Positions 1 through 12,208 of a stretch of DNA of 64,000 bases are shown piece by piece. The stretch's first letter is position 1; every line of letters starts with the position of its first letter. The stretch is from Octopus sinensis (taxonomy: Eukaryota). The notes under the pieces are model-generated. The model made no database searches. It worked only from the letters and a program-made list of their open reading frames with translations, and was not told the DNA's origin. Location: the NCBI RefSeq assembly GCF_006345805.1, contig NC_042997.1:212970001-213034000 (forward strand), read 5' to 3'. The translations under genes were made by a program, and so were the position numbers.

Positions 1-497
1 GAGGAATTTACAGCATGAGTGACAACTTATAGTAGTAACAGATGTTAAATACTAATCGATGTGGTTAGCCATAACCTGGAACATAACTGAGAGCTTCCAC
101 AGTATCCCTCTAAACTCACATTAATATGTGTGTATACATACATAAATACATACATACACACATACATACATACATACATACATACATGCATACATACATA
201 CACGCATACACACATACATACATGATGGCTGCCCCCTCGTTATCGAGTATGGCCATTGCACGAAGCTTAACTGTTACTGGTGCTGTGATCGAATGTGACT
301 TTTAGCCCAGCTAAAGATCTACAATGTCTTGTACAGAATCGACAGCTAAAATCTTTACCGGCCAACAGCCGGCTGTAGTTGTAACTGGGTTTCATGTACC
401 TTTGCATGTCATCCTGCCCAATTACACTCTCTTCCACATGCCTGACAGATATGATTAGTATGGTGGCCAGGTTGTCACTCATCTGTCTCGCTTTATT

Positions 498-955
498 ATC
501 ATCATCCTCATCATTTAGCATCTGTTTTCCATGCTGGCATGGGTTAGATGGTTTCCCTGAAACAAGTAAGCTGTAAAGCAACACCAGATTCCAATCGGAT
601 TTCACATGGCTCCTTTTGTTGGATGCCCTTCCTAGCACTACCCACTCTACAGAGTGCACTTGGTGCTTTTTATGTGCCACCAGTATGGGTACCCGTTACG
701 TGACACCAGCATCAGCTACGACTACAATTTCACTTGGCTTGACAGGTTTTCTCAAACACAGCATATTGCCAAAGGTCTCAGTCACTCTGCGAGACCCAAC
801 GTTCGAAGATCATGCTTCAGCACTTCGTCCCATGTCTTCTTAGGTCTAACCCTTCCACAGGTTTCCCCCACAGTTAGAGATCAGCACTTCTTTAAAAAGC
901 TATCTTCATCCATACACATGACCATATTGATGCACACCACATCTGATACCTCTTA
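498..955 (-). mobile_element. RTE-clade LINE 3' fragment (end of ORF + 3' UTR + (ATG)n tail)
   Basis: Begins at a (CAT)n tract followed by the family motif tttagcatctgttttccatgctggcatggg...ggatgcccttcc. Bases ~820-955 are the reverse complement of the RTE C-terminal coding segment seen on + at 23690-23850. Confidence 0.8.
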
Positions 956-1373
956 CGCCAAATATATACATACATATATGCAAATATATGACAGTTGAAA
1001 CACTCCTGTCACAACCTGGGACCTTGAAGACTGCTTTAATGCAAGAAAGTATACTAGTCCCTTAATATTTGATATTCAGTATTTCATCTATTCAATAAGA
1101 CAATCAATGCTTCATTTCATTTTACTATATATATATTATTTATACTATATATTCTATATTCTACATTAATATTATAAAGAATATAAATAAAACATAAAAA
1201 ACAGAGTTGGAATTCCTTTGAATAATATATATCCCTCTATACACAATCATACAAACCCCTTTTTATTTATATATATATATGTGCATGCTAGTGGGTGGAC
1301 AAACAAAAGAAGGACACTCAACAACACATTTATTGGAAGTCACATGGTTACATGTATGAATCCAAACAGTTTG

Positions 1374-1439
1374 ATTCAAATTCGCTGGTACTCCAAGTTT
1401 CAAGCATGATGCTAATCTTCAGCCATTTTGAATTTGAAT
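1374..1439 (-). ncRNA. Degenerate Penelope-type hammerhead ribozyme-like motif
   Basis: Minus strand: CTGAAGA-tt-AGCA-tca-TGCT-t-GAAAC-ttgga-GTA. Stem I is tgg/cca plus a distal 9-bp helix attcaaatt/aatttgaat. The base of stem II is mismatched. Confidence 0.35.
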
Positions 1440-1924
1440 AAAAGAAGTTGATTGTTATTACCGTAAGGTGAGCTATGATTAGTCGAGGAAGGTCATGTGG
1501 TGTCGTAGTTTGATGTTGGTACAACCAAATATCAGTGACAACAGTTAGCTTGAAAACACCGCATGGTGAATGGGAAATCAACCACATGGTGGACAGGAAA
1601 TCGGTCATGTTGTTGGAGGGCGGTATGTGCAAGTATATAGTTGCATATGTGGGTGTGTGGATGTACTCATATGGTTTTGCGTGCATGTCTGTAGTGAAGC
1701 GAGCGTGTGCATCTATACATGGGTGTGCACACACATGCTCCCCCCATATATATATATATATATATATGTGTGTATGAATGAATATGCGTGCGTGCACACA
1801 CACATGCATACACATGCATGCAAACACACACACATATCCACTCATGCACATTCATTCATATGTGCAATGCATGCATATTAGTGTCCACATGCACACCCAT
1901 GTGCAGTGGCGCCCAGTTCTAGTA

Positions 1925-2085
1925 TTTGTGTAATTCTCGATGCCAAAGTTTGGGACAAGTCCTTCCAGGATCTTCCAGATGTATATTATGGCATATCTTT
2001 CTCACCTACACTCTAAGGAATAGAGTCTTAACCTCTTGAGTCTTTCCCAATGGCTTATATGCTGCATAGAGGCTATCTTCTTGGA
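1925..2085 (-). mobile_element. CR1-type LINE RT C-terminal fragment
   Basis: Minus translation ...HWERLKRLRLYSLECR*ERYAIIYIWKILEGLVPNFG matches the CR1 Y.ERL..L.L.SLE.RR.R.D.I...KIL.G motif. Confidence 0.75.
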
Positions 2086-2427
2086 GCCTGGTCCAGCCAT
2101 CTGGTTCGCCAGACCTCAGTCAAATTGTCCAACCCACGCTAGCATGGAAAGCGGACGTTAAACGATGATGATGATGATGATGATGTATATATACATATAT
2201 ATATGTGTGATGGCCTTCTTTTAGTTCCATCTACCTAATCCACTCACTAGGCCTTGTTTGTTCCAAATTTATAGTTAATGACACCCAAGAATGCCAGATA
2301 ATGGGATTGAACTTGAACCCATGTTCGTTATATGTTTTATTGTTACTACACGATCTGATTGGGCAAGGCACTTCATTTTTACATTCCTCTTCAATACTCT
2401 CTCTCTCTCTCTCTCTTTCTTTCCCAC

Positions 2428-2464
2428 CTGTTTCTAACTCTTCATCTCCCACAGTCTGAATACC
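2428..2464 (-). CDS. Candidate 37-nt exon (GIQTVGDEELET-G) of an unidentified minus-strand gene
   Basis: Strong pyrimidine tract tttctctgtcatttcccttttgatccagtag (NAGNAG) and donor CAG|gtggga. In phase with the 13-nt candidate exon upstream if the TAG acceptor is used. Confidence 0.25.
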
Positions 2465-2515
2465 CTACTGGATCAAAAGGGAAATGACAGAGAAAGGCCG
2501 TTTGTGTCAACTCAC

Positions 2516-2528
2516 GACTACACAGGCC
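2516..2528 (-). CDS. Candidate 13-nt microexon (R-ACVV)
   Basis: Acceptor tcttgctaattgttttag|, exon ggcctgtgtagtc, donor |gtgagt. Phase 2 to 0, compatible with the 39-nt candidate exon. Confidence 0.3.
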
Positions 2529-3729
2529 CTAAAACAATTAGCAAGAGCATGGTACACATTGTCAAGCTATACTTGCATTTTTTTCTCTCCTTGTTTCTTT
2601 CTGTGTTCCTTTCTGTAGAAGAGCATAGGCTCGAAACGTAAAAGACCTTTTCTATTCTTGAGCGTTATACTAATACATCTGTTTGTTTTGTACAACACAT
2701 GTTTTTGTCTTTTGATTTTTTTCGTGTACTCTCCCTATATTTGCATTAAGGTTTGAAATAAATCTTTTCTCACAGCTGGTCCCAAAAGATTTTAACCAAA
2801 CTTGACCACCACTATGAATGGCTGTTGCAGCAGTTGGCCAGGAAATCTATAAATGAACTTTGCTTTGTTATGCACAACTGCCAAGTTTCTGCCAATTTGA
2901 GTGAACAATGACACATGTCAGGAACCCATTAATATTTCCTCCAATCAATATAGTTTGCTTTACCATATTTGCCAAAACAAGAGCCAGCATATCTGACAGG
3001 TTAGTTATAAGGCCCCTGGTTCAATCCCATCATGTTGCCATCTTAGTTAAGAGTTTTTGTTTTTTTTTTGTTGTTTTTTTTTTATCATAAGCCTTGAATT
3101 GACCAATTCCTTATGATTGCAAGTGGGCTGCTAATCTGTGGAAGCCTTTCAGACATGGAATTCAGTGAGGAAACAACTGGATATTTGATGCCAAAGCTGA
3201 CAGGATTTTTATTCTTTCTACTTTCCAAGAGATGATGGTGTAAAGTGGCAGACAGGGTGAGAGAGAGAGAGAGCTGGAATTTGTGTGTGTATATGTGCAG
3301 GAGGGGGTGTAATTCTTTATCCAAGTAGAGATTAAGAGATTGTGGCCCTAATCTCAAAAGGTTCTCTCAGGTGAATGCAACCAATATTTCTACTGGAACT
3401 CTGACAATGTGTTGATTGAAAGAAATATGTGGTCACAATGACAATTCCAGAGAGAGAGGGGAGAAAGAGAAGGGAGAAAGAGAGTGGGGAGAGAGAGAAA
3501 TGGGGAGAAAGAGAGAGAGAGAGAGACTTCGATGTGGTTGTATATGATATAGAAGAAAAGTAGGAACGATATAGGATTCCTGCTAATCCTTCCAGGGATC
3601 AATGTGAATAACCGAAATCCAAATCAGCATCTTCAGACATTTCCATTTTAGAGGAGAATCAACGACCAATATGAGGTTAGAAAATGGAGTTGTAGGCTTT
3701 CACCTCTTACCATAACTGAACCTCTTTAC

Positions 3730-3768
3730 CTGTTACACATTGTTTTGCTTTTTACCACTCGGCCATAC
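3730..3768 (-). CDS. Candidate 39-nt exon (YGRVVKSKTMCN)
   Basis: Acceptor tctgaatatttttacag|, donor CAG|gtaaag. Only the phase 2-2 frame is stop-free. Confidence 0.35.
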
Positions 3769-3858
3769 CTGTAAAAATATTCAGACTAAATCTCACTGCA
3801 ATCAACAACGTTGTTATCATCTACCATTATACTTCCTCTCTCCCTTTCTCTCTCTCCC

Positions 3859-3894
<36 letters not shown>

Positions 3895-4049
3895 ATCTAT
3901 CTAGTTTCACTCCCTCTCACTCCAATCATCCTGGTTCTCTTCTATCAATGTCGAGGCAATACTAATGTACAACTGTACACATAAACATGCCTGAGAATAT
4001 TTCCTTATACGTAGTGTGGGTGCAATAAGCACAAAGAATGAGCAGAGAC

Positions 4050-5135
4050 AAGGCTTCCTCAAATGCTTGGTGGGGGTCATTAGAAGTACTGGACATCTTC
4101 TGTTACCTAGGCGACCAAGTTAGCAGTGGCAGAAAGCATAGTTGCTAGAATAAGAACAGACTGGTTCAGAGAGCTATTATCATTATTATCAGAGTGAGAG
4201 GCAGATTATATGTATTTCTTTACTGCCCACAAGGGGCTAATCATAGAGGGGACAAACAAGGACAGACAAAGGGATTAAGTCGATTACATCGACCCCAGTG
4301 CGAAACTGGTACTTTATTTATCGACCACGAAAGGATGAAAGGCAAAGTCGACCTCGGTGGAATTTGAACTCAGAACGTAACAGTAGACGAAATACAGCTA
4401 CGCATTTCTGCCAGCTCGCTGCCTTAAAGGCAGATTATATGATGCCTGTGTACAAACATCTGCTATGTTACATAGCATTAAAACATGGGCTTTGTCTACA
4501 GAGGAGTTGGGAAGGCTTGAAAGAAATGAAATCAGCATATTCTACTGGGTGGGTAATGTCAGTGTGTGATTCAAGAGAATAACAGGGTATAAGAGGCATC
4601 AGATGTTGTGTACAAAAGAGAAGACTGTGCTGACTTGGTCATGTGAGGGCATATGGACAAGGACAGCTGTGTAAAGAAGTGGAGGGAACCTATGGAAGGG
4701 TAAAGCTAGAAAGATGTTGGACATAGTGAGAAAGGATCCTTAGACGCTGGGCCTTAATGAGAAGATGACAAGGGACGGGGACTTGTGGCATTTGCTGTAC
4801 TTGAGAAGACACATCAAGCTAAGTAACACCATGGCCACCCATACACACAGGCATGTACTTTATGGCATGCCCTCTATGGCGTCTCACAGCTGAGAGATCT
4901 TTGACTTGCAGGGGCCAGTGCCACATAAAATACACACATGTTGGTGGCTCACAAAAAGCATCCAGTACCTTCTCTAAAGTGGTTGGCATTAGGAAGGGCA
5001 TCAAACTGTAGAAACCCTGCCAAAACTGACAACTGGGTCCAGGAAATCTGCCTGGCTGGACAGCTCCTGTCAAACCGTCCAACCCATATCAGCCTGGGAA
5101 ATGGATTTTAAAGGAGGATGGTGACGATAACATAA
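4050..5135 (+). mobile_element. Decayed RTE LINE 3' portion interrupted by a SINE
   Basis: Segments homologous to ...LEVVD.F.YLGDQVSSG...RIAW..FREL... and the family 3' UTR (ggaagggcatc...aaccgtccaacccat). Confidence 0.75.
4213..4425 (-). mobile_element. tRNA-derived SINE (family A) with 14-bp TSD
   Basis: Head aaggcagcgagctggcagaa, B-box gagttcaaattcc. TSD aggcagattatatg at 4199-4212 and 4428-4441. Confidence 0.85.
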
Positions 5136-5417
5136 TCGAATTGCGACAAGCAGGGGTGATGCTGGGAAGAATTTGTTGCAAGTTGGAACATTCTGGACAC
5201 AAAATATCTTCATCTATCAAAAAGATATTTGTGAAGCTGGTGGAGGGGCTTATGACACAATCCTAATATTTAAGAGCTGTTTCGATAAAATTAGGGAATT
5301 CCTAGTCATTTGCTCTGGCTATGAGGGAAATCTTCAAGAGAATTGTTTTTTTTTATTACATTTACAATTTCTAAATTTTTGTGAATTGTAGGCCCGTGTG
5401 TATATGTAATTTCTTAC

Positions 5418-5487
5418 CCAACTCCACTAACGATGTGTCACTGTATCTACACATGTGTATATAATAATTTCTTTTTTCCTTCCACAC
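5418..5487 (-). CDS. Candidate 70-nt exon
   Basis: Acceptor tcttttacag|, donor TGG|gtaaga. Reads VWKEKRNYYIHMCRYSDTSLVEL in phase 0, or CGRKKEIIIYTCVDTVTHR* in phase 2. Confidence 0.25.
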
Positions 5488-6055
5488 CTGTAAAAGACTA
5501 TTACCTACAGGTGTCTACAGTATTTCTCTATAATTCCTCTTTTCCTCTCAATGAAGCTCTACATGGACAAAATCATTAATGTCAACGTTATTCTTGGTTT
5601 CACCTCCTCTTCCTTGTCTCCTCCTCCACTTTCTCCTCCTTTCCCTGTCTCCACTTCCTCTTCTTTTCATTCTCCTCCTCAACTCCTCACCTTATCTTCT
5701 ACTTCTCTTCTTTTTCACCTCCTCCTCCACCTCAGCCCTCCCCCTCCATCTCCTCCCTCACCATTACCACTAACAGCTGCCAAACGAATCTGTTTTGCCA
5801 AAGCCATCAAACAGAGATTGTTTCACCCAAAATTTCAATTATCTTTGCCACAATGGCATCCATGAAAAAACATTGTCAGACTGTACCAGTCACTTCCGCC
5901 AGTGCCACTATAATGATGTGTGTGTATGTTGGTGTGTGTGTGTTGTGTGTGTATGTGTGCATGAGAGCATGTGAGAGAGAGAGAGAGAGGGAGAGAAAGA
6001 GAGAAAGAAATTATTGGATCACTTAGAGTTGTCATGGAACAAACTTCATGCATCC

Positions 6056-9000
6056 ATTAATAATACTCACTCTTTGTAATTTGTTTGACCGAAACCTTCA
6101 ATCAAATTACCCAGCAAAATCTAAGAAATATTTAAAATTTGAACCAGATAAATATTAATAATACTTACTCTTTGTAATTTGTTTGACCGAAACCTTCAAT
6201 CAAATTACCCAGCAAAATCTAAGAAATATTTAAAATTTGAACCAGATAAATATTAATAATACTTACTCTTTGTAATTGTTTGACCGAAACCTTCAATCAA
6301 ATTACCCAGCAAAATCTAAGAAATATTTAAAATTTGAACCAGATAAATATTAAATACTTACTCTTTGTAATTTGTTTGACCGAAAACTTCAATCAAATTA
6401 CCCAGCAAAATCTAAGATATTTAAAATATGAACCAGATAAATATTATAATACTTACTCTTTGTAATTTGTTTGACCGAAACCTTCAATCAAATTACCCAG
6501 CAAAATCTAAGAAATATATAAAATTTGAACCAGATAAATATTAATAATACTTACTCTTTGTAATTGTTTTCGACCGAAACCTTCAATCAAATTACCCAGC
6601 AAGATCTAAGAAATATTTAAAATATGAACTAGATAAATATTAATAATACTTACTCTTTGTAATTTGTTGACCGAAACCTTCAATCAAATTACCCAGCAAA
6701 ATCTAAGAAATATTTAAAATTTGAACCAGATAAATATTAATAATACTTACTCTTTGTAATTGTTTGACCGAAACCTTCAATCAAATTACCCAGCAAAATC
6801 TAAGAAATATTAAAATTTGAACCAGATAAATATTAATAATACTTACTCTTTGTAATTTGTTTGACCGAAACCTTCAATCAAATTACCCAGCAAAATCTAA
6901 GAAATATTTACAATTTGAACCAGATAAATATTAATAATACTTACTTTTGTAATTTGTTTGACCGAAACCTTCAATCAAATTACCCAGCAAAATCTAAGAA
7001 ATCTTTAAAATTTGAAAATAAATATTAATAATACTTACTCTTTGTAATTTGTTTGACCGAAACCTTCAATCAAATTACCCAGCAAGATCTAAGAAATATT
7101 TAAAATTTGAACCAGATAAATATTAATAATACTTACTCTTTGTAATTTGTTTGACCGAAACCTTCAATCAAATATCCAGCAAAATCTAAGAAATATTTAA
7201 AATTTGAACCAGATAGATATTAATAATACTTACACTTTGTAATTTGTTGACCGAAACCTTCAATCAAATTACCCAGCAAAATTTAAGAAATATTTAAAAT
7301 TTGAACCAGATAAATATTAATAATACTTACTCTTTGTAATTTGTTTGACCGAAACCTTCAATCAATTACCCAGCAAAATCTAAGAAATATTTACAATTTG
7401 AACCAGATAAATATTAATAATACTTACTCTTTCTAATTTGTTTGACCGAAACCTTCAATCAAATTACCCAGCAAGATCTAAGAAATATTTAGAATTTGAA
7501 CCAGATAAATATTAATAATACATACTCTTTCTAATTTGTTTGACCGAAACCTTCAATCAAATTACCCAGCAAAATCTAAGAAATATTTAAAATTTGAACC
7601 AGATAAATATTAATAATACTTACTCTTTGTAATTTGTTTGACCGAAACCTTCAATCAAATTACCCAGCAAGATCTAAGAATATTTAAAATTTGAACCAGA
7701 TAAATATTAATAATACTTACTCTTTCTAATTTGTTTGACCGAAACCTTCAATCAAATTACCCAGCAAAATCTAAGAAATATATAAAATTTGAACCAGATA
7801 AATATTAATAATACTTACTCTTTGTAATTTGTTTGACCGAAACCTTCAATCAAATTACCCAGCAAGATCTAAGAAATATTTAAAATATGAACTAGATAAA
7901 TATTAATAATACTTACTCTTTGTAATTTGTTTGACCGAAACCTTCAATCAAATTACCCAGCAAGATCTAAGAAATATTTAAAATTTGAACCAGATAAATA
8001 TTAATAATACTTACTCTTTGTAATTTGTTTGACCGAAACCTTCAATCAAATATCCAGCAAAATCTAAGAAATATTTAAAATTTGAACCAGATAAATATTA
8101 ATAATACTTACTCTTTGTAATTTGTTTGACCGAAACCTTCAATCAAATTACCCAGCAAAATCTAAGAAATATTTAAAATTTGAACCAGATAAATATTAAT
8201 AATACTTACTCTTTGTAATTTGTTTGACCGAAACCTTCAATCAAATTACCCAGCAAAATCTAAGAAATATTTACAATTTGAACCAGATAAATATTAATAA
8301 TACTTACTCTTTGTAATTTGTTTGACCGAAACCTTCAATCAAATTACCCAGCAAAATCTAAGAAATCTTTAAAATTTGAACCAGATAAATATTAATAATA
8401 CTTACTCTTTGTAATTTGTTTGACCGAAACCTTCAATCAAATTACCCAGCAAGATCTAAGAAATATTTAAAATATGAACCAGATAAATATTAATAATACT
8501 TACTCTTTGTAATTTGTTTGACCGAAACCTTCAATCAAATTACCCAGCAAGATCTAAGAAATATTTAAAATTTGAACCAGATAAATATTAATAATACTTA
8601 CTCTTTCTAACTTGTTTGACCGAAACCTTCAATCAAATTACCCAGCAAAATCTAAGAAATATTTAAAATTTGAACCAGATAAATATTAATAATAATTACT
8701 CTTTGTAATTTGTTTGACCGAAACCTTCAATCAAATTACCCAGCAAAATCTAGGAAATATTTAAAATTTGAACCAGATAAATATTAATAATACTTACTCT
8801 TTGTAATTTGTTTGACCGAAACCTTCAATCAAATTACACAGCAAAATCTAAGAAATATTTAAAATTTGAACCAGATAAATATTAATAATACCTACTCTTT
8901 GTAATTTGTTTGACCGAAACCTTCAATCAAATTACCCAGCAAAATCTAAGAAATATTTAAAATTTGAACCAGATAAATATTAATAATACTTACTCTTTGT

Positions 9001-12000
9001 AATTTGTTTGACCGAAACCTTCAATCAAATTACCCAGCAAGATCTAAGAAAATTTAAAATTTGAACCAGATAAATATTAAATACTACTACTTTTGTAATT
9101 TGTTTGACCGAAACCTTCAATCAAATTACCCAGCAAAATCTAAGAAATATTTAAAATTTGAACCAGATAAATATTAATAATACTTACTCTTTGTAATTTG
9201 TTTGACCGAAACCTTCAATCAAATTACCCAGCAAAATCTAAGAATATTTAAAATTTGAACCAGATAAATAATAATAATACTTACTCTTTGTAATTTGTTT
9301 CACCGAAACCTTCAATCAAATTACCCAGCAAGATCTAAGAAATATTTAAGATTTGAACCAGATAAATATTATAATACTTACTCTTTGTAATTGTTTGACC
9401 GACCGAAACCTTCAATCAAATTACCCAGCAAAATCTAAGAAATATTTAAGATTTGAACCAGATAAATATTAATAATACTTACTCTTTGTAATTTGTTTGA
9501 CCGAAACCTTCAATCAAATTACCCAGCAAAATCTAAGAAATGTTTAAAATTTGAACCAGATAAATATTAATAATACTTACTCTTTGTAATTTGTTTGACC
9601 GAAGCCTTCAATCAAATTACCCAGCAAAATCTAAGAAATATTTAAAATTTGAACCAGATAAATATTAATAATACTTACTCTTTGTAATTGTGTTTGACCG
9701 AAACCTTCAATCAAATTACCCAGCAAAATCTAAGAAATATTTAAAATTTGAACCAGATAATATTAATAATACTTCTTTGTAATTTGTTTGACCGAAACCT
9801 TCAATCAAATTACCCAGCAAGATCTAAGAAATATTTAAAATTTGAACCAGATAAATATTAATAATACTTACTCTTTGTAATTTGTTTGACCGAAACCTTC
9901 AATCAAATTACCCAGCAAAATCTAAGAAATATTTAAAATTTGAACCAGATAAATATTAATAATACTTACTCTTTGTAATTTGTTTGACCGAAACCTTCAA
10001 TCAAATTACCCAGCAAGATCTAAGAAATATTTAAAATTTGAACCAGATAAATATTAATAATACTTACTCTTTGTAATTTGTTTGACCGAAACCTTCAATC
10101 AAATTACCCAGCAAGATCTAAGAAATATTTAAGATTTGAACCAGATAAATATTAATAATACTTACTCTTTGTAATTTGTTTGACCGAAACCTTCAATCAA
10201 ATTACCCAGCAAAATCTAAGAAATATTTAAGATTTGAACCAGATAAATATTAATAATACTTACTCTATGTAATTTGTTTGACCGAAACCTTCAATCAAAT
10301 TACCCAGCAAAATCTAAGAAATATTTAAAATTTGAACCAGATAAATATTAATAATACTTACTCTTTGTAATTTGTTTGACCGAAACCTTCAATCAAATTA
10401 CCCAGCAAAATCTAAGAAATATTTAAAATTTGAACCAGATAAATATTAATAATACTTACTCTTTGTAATTTGTTTGACCGAAACCTTCAATCAAATTACC
10501 CAGCAAAATCTAAGAAATATTTAAAATTTGAACCAGATAAATATTAATAATACTTACTCTTTGTAATTGTTTGACCGAAACCTTCAATCAAATTACCCAG
10601 CAAAATCTAAGAAATATTTAAAATTTGAACCAGATAAATATTTATAATACATACTCTTTGTAATTTGTTTGACCGAAACCTTCAATCAAATTACCCAGCA
10701 AAATCTAAGAAATATTTAAAATTTGAACCAGATAAATATTAATAATACTTACTCTTTGTAATTTGTTTGACCAAAACCTTCAATCATATTATCCTGCAAG
10801 ATCTAAGAAATATTTAAAATATGAACCAGATAAATATTAATAATACTTACTCTTTGTAATTTGTTTGACCGAAACCTTCAATCAAATTATCCTGCAAGAT
10901 CTAAGAAATATTTAAAATATGAACCAGATAAATATTAATAATACTTACTCTTTGTAATTTGTTTGACCGAAACCTTCAATCAAATTACCCAGCAAGATCT
11001 AAGAAATATTTAAAATTTGAACCAGATAAATATTAATAATACTTACTCTTTGTAATTTGTTTGACCGAAACCTTCAATCAAATTACCCAGCAAGATCTAA
11101 GAAATATTTAAAATTTGAACCAGATAAATATTAATAATACTTACTCTTTGTAATTTGTTTGACCGAAACGTTCAATCAAATTACCCAGCAAAATCTAAGA
11201 AATATTTAAAATTTGAACCAGATAAATAATAATAATACTTACTCTTTGTAATTTGTTTGACCGAAACCTTCAATCAAATTACCCAGCAAGATCTAAGAAA
11301 TATTTAAAATTTGAACCAGATAAATATTAATAATACTTACTCTTTGTAATTTGTTTGACCGAAACCTTCAATCAAATTACCCAGCAAAATCTAAGAAATA
11401 TTTAAAATTTGAACCAGATAAATATTAATAATACTTACTCTTTGTAATTTGTTTGACCGAAACCTTCAATCAAATTACCCAGCAAGATCTCTAAGAAATA
11501 TTTAAAATTGAACCAGATAAAATTAATAATACTTACTCTTTGTAATTTGTTTGACCGAAACGTTCAATCAAATTACCCAGCAAAATCTAAGAAATATTTA
11601 AAATATGAACCAGATAAATATTAATAATACTTACTCTTTGTAATTTGTTTGACCGAAACCTTCAATTAAATTACCCAACCAAGATCTAAGAAATATTTAA
11701 AATTTGAACCAGATAAATATTAATAATACTTACTCTTTGTAATTTGTTTGACCGAAACCTTCAATCAAATTACCCAGCAAAATCTAAGAAATATTTAAAA
11801 TTTGAACCAGATAAATATTAATAATACTTACTCTTTGTAATTTGTTTGACCGAAACCTTCAATCAAATTACCAGCAAGATCTAAGAAATATTTAAAATTT
11901 GAACCAGATAAATATTAATAATACTTACTCTTTGTAATTTGTTTGACCGAAACCTTCAATCAAATATCCAGCAAAATCTAAGAAATATTTAAAATTTGAA

Positions 12001-12208
12001 CCAGATAAATATTAATAATACTTACTCTTTGTAATTTGTTTGACCGAAACCTTTAATCAAATTACCCAGCAAAATCTAAGAAATATTTAAAATTTGAACC
12101 AGATAAATATTAATAATACTTACTCTTTGTAATTTGTTTGACCGAAACCTTCAATCAAATTACCCAGCAAGATCTAAGAAATATTTAAAATTTGAACCAG
12201 ATAAATAT
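6056..12208 (-). repeat. Tandem array of ~63 x 98-bp units; each unit is a 50-nt exon-like segment plus a 48-nt intron-like segment on the minus strand
   Basis: Plus-strand unit attaataatacttactctttgtaatttgtttgaccgaaaccttcaatcaaattacccagcaaaatctaagaaatatttaaaatttgaaccagataaat; period 98 (6056 to 6154). Minus: aaatatttcttag|ATTTTGCTGG...TACAAAGA|gtaagt. First and last exon-like copies at 12124-12173 and 6071-6120. Confidence 0.97.

Noticed and set aside
2590-2640. Hammerhead at tagaagagcataggctcgaaacg
   Set aside because: Stem II and GAAA present but no CUGAnGA core; at best a decayed Penelope-like end.
6056-12208. CRISPR array or a continuous repeat-protein ORF
   Set aside because: No unique spacers; the 98-bp period is not a multiple of 3 and unspliced frames contain stops on both strands.
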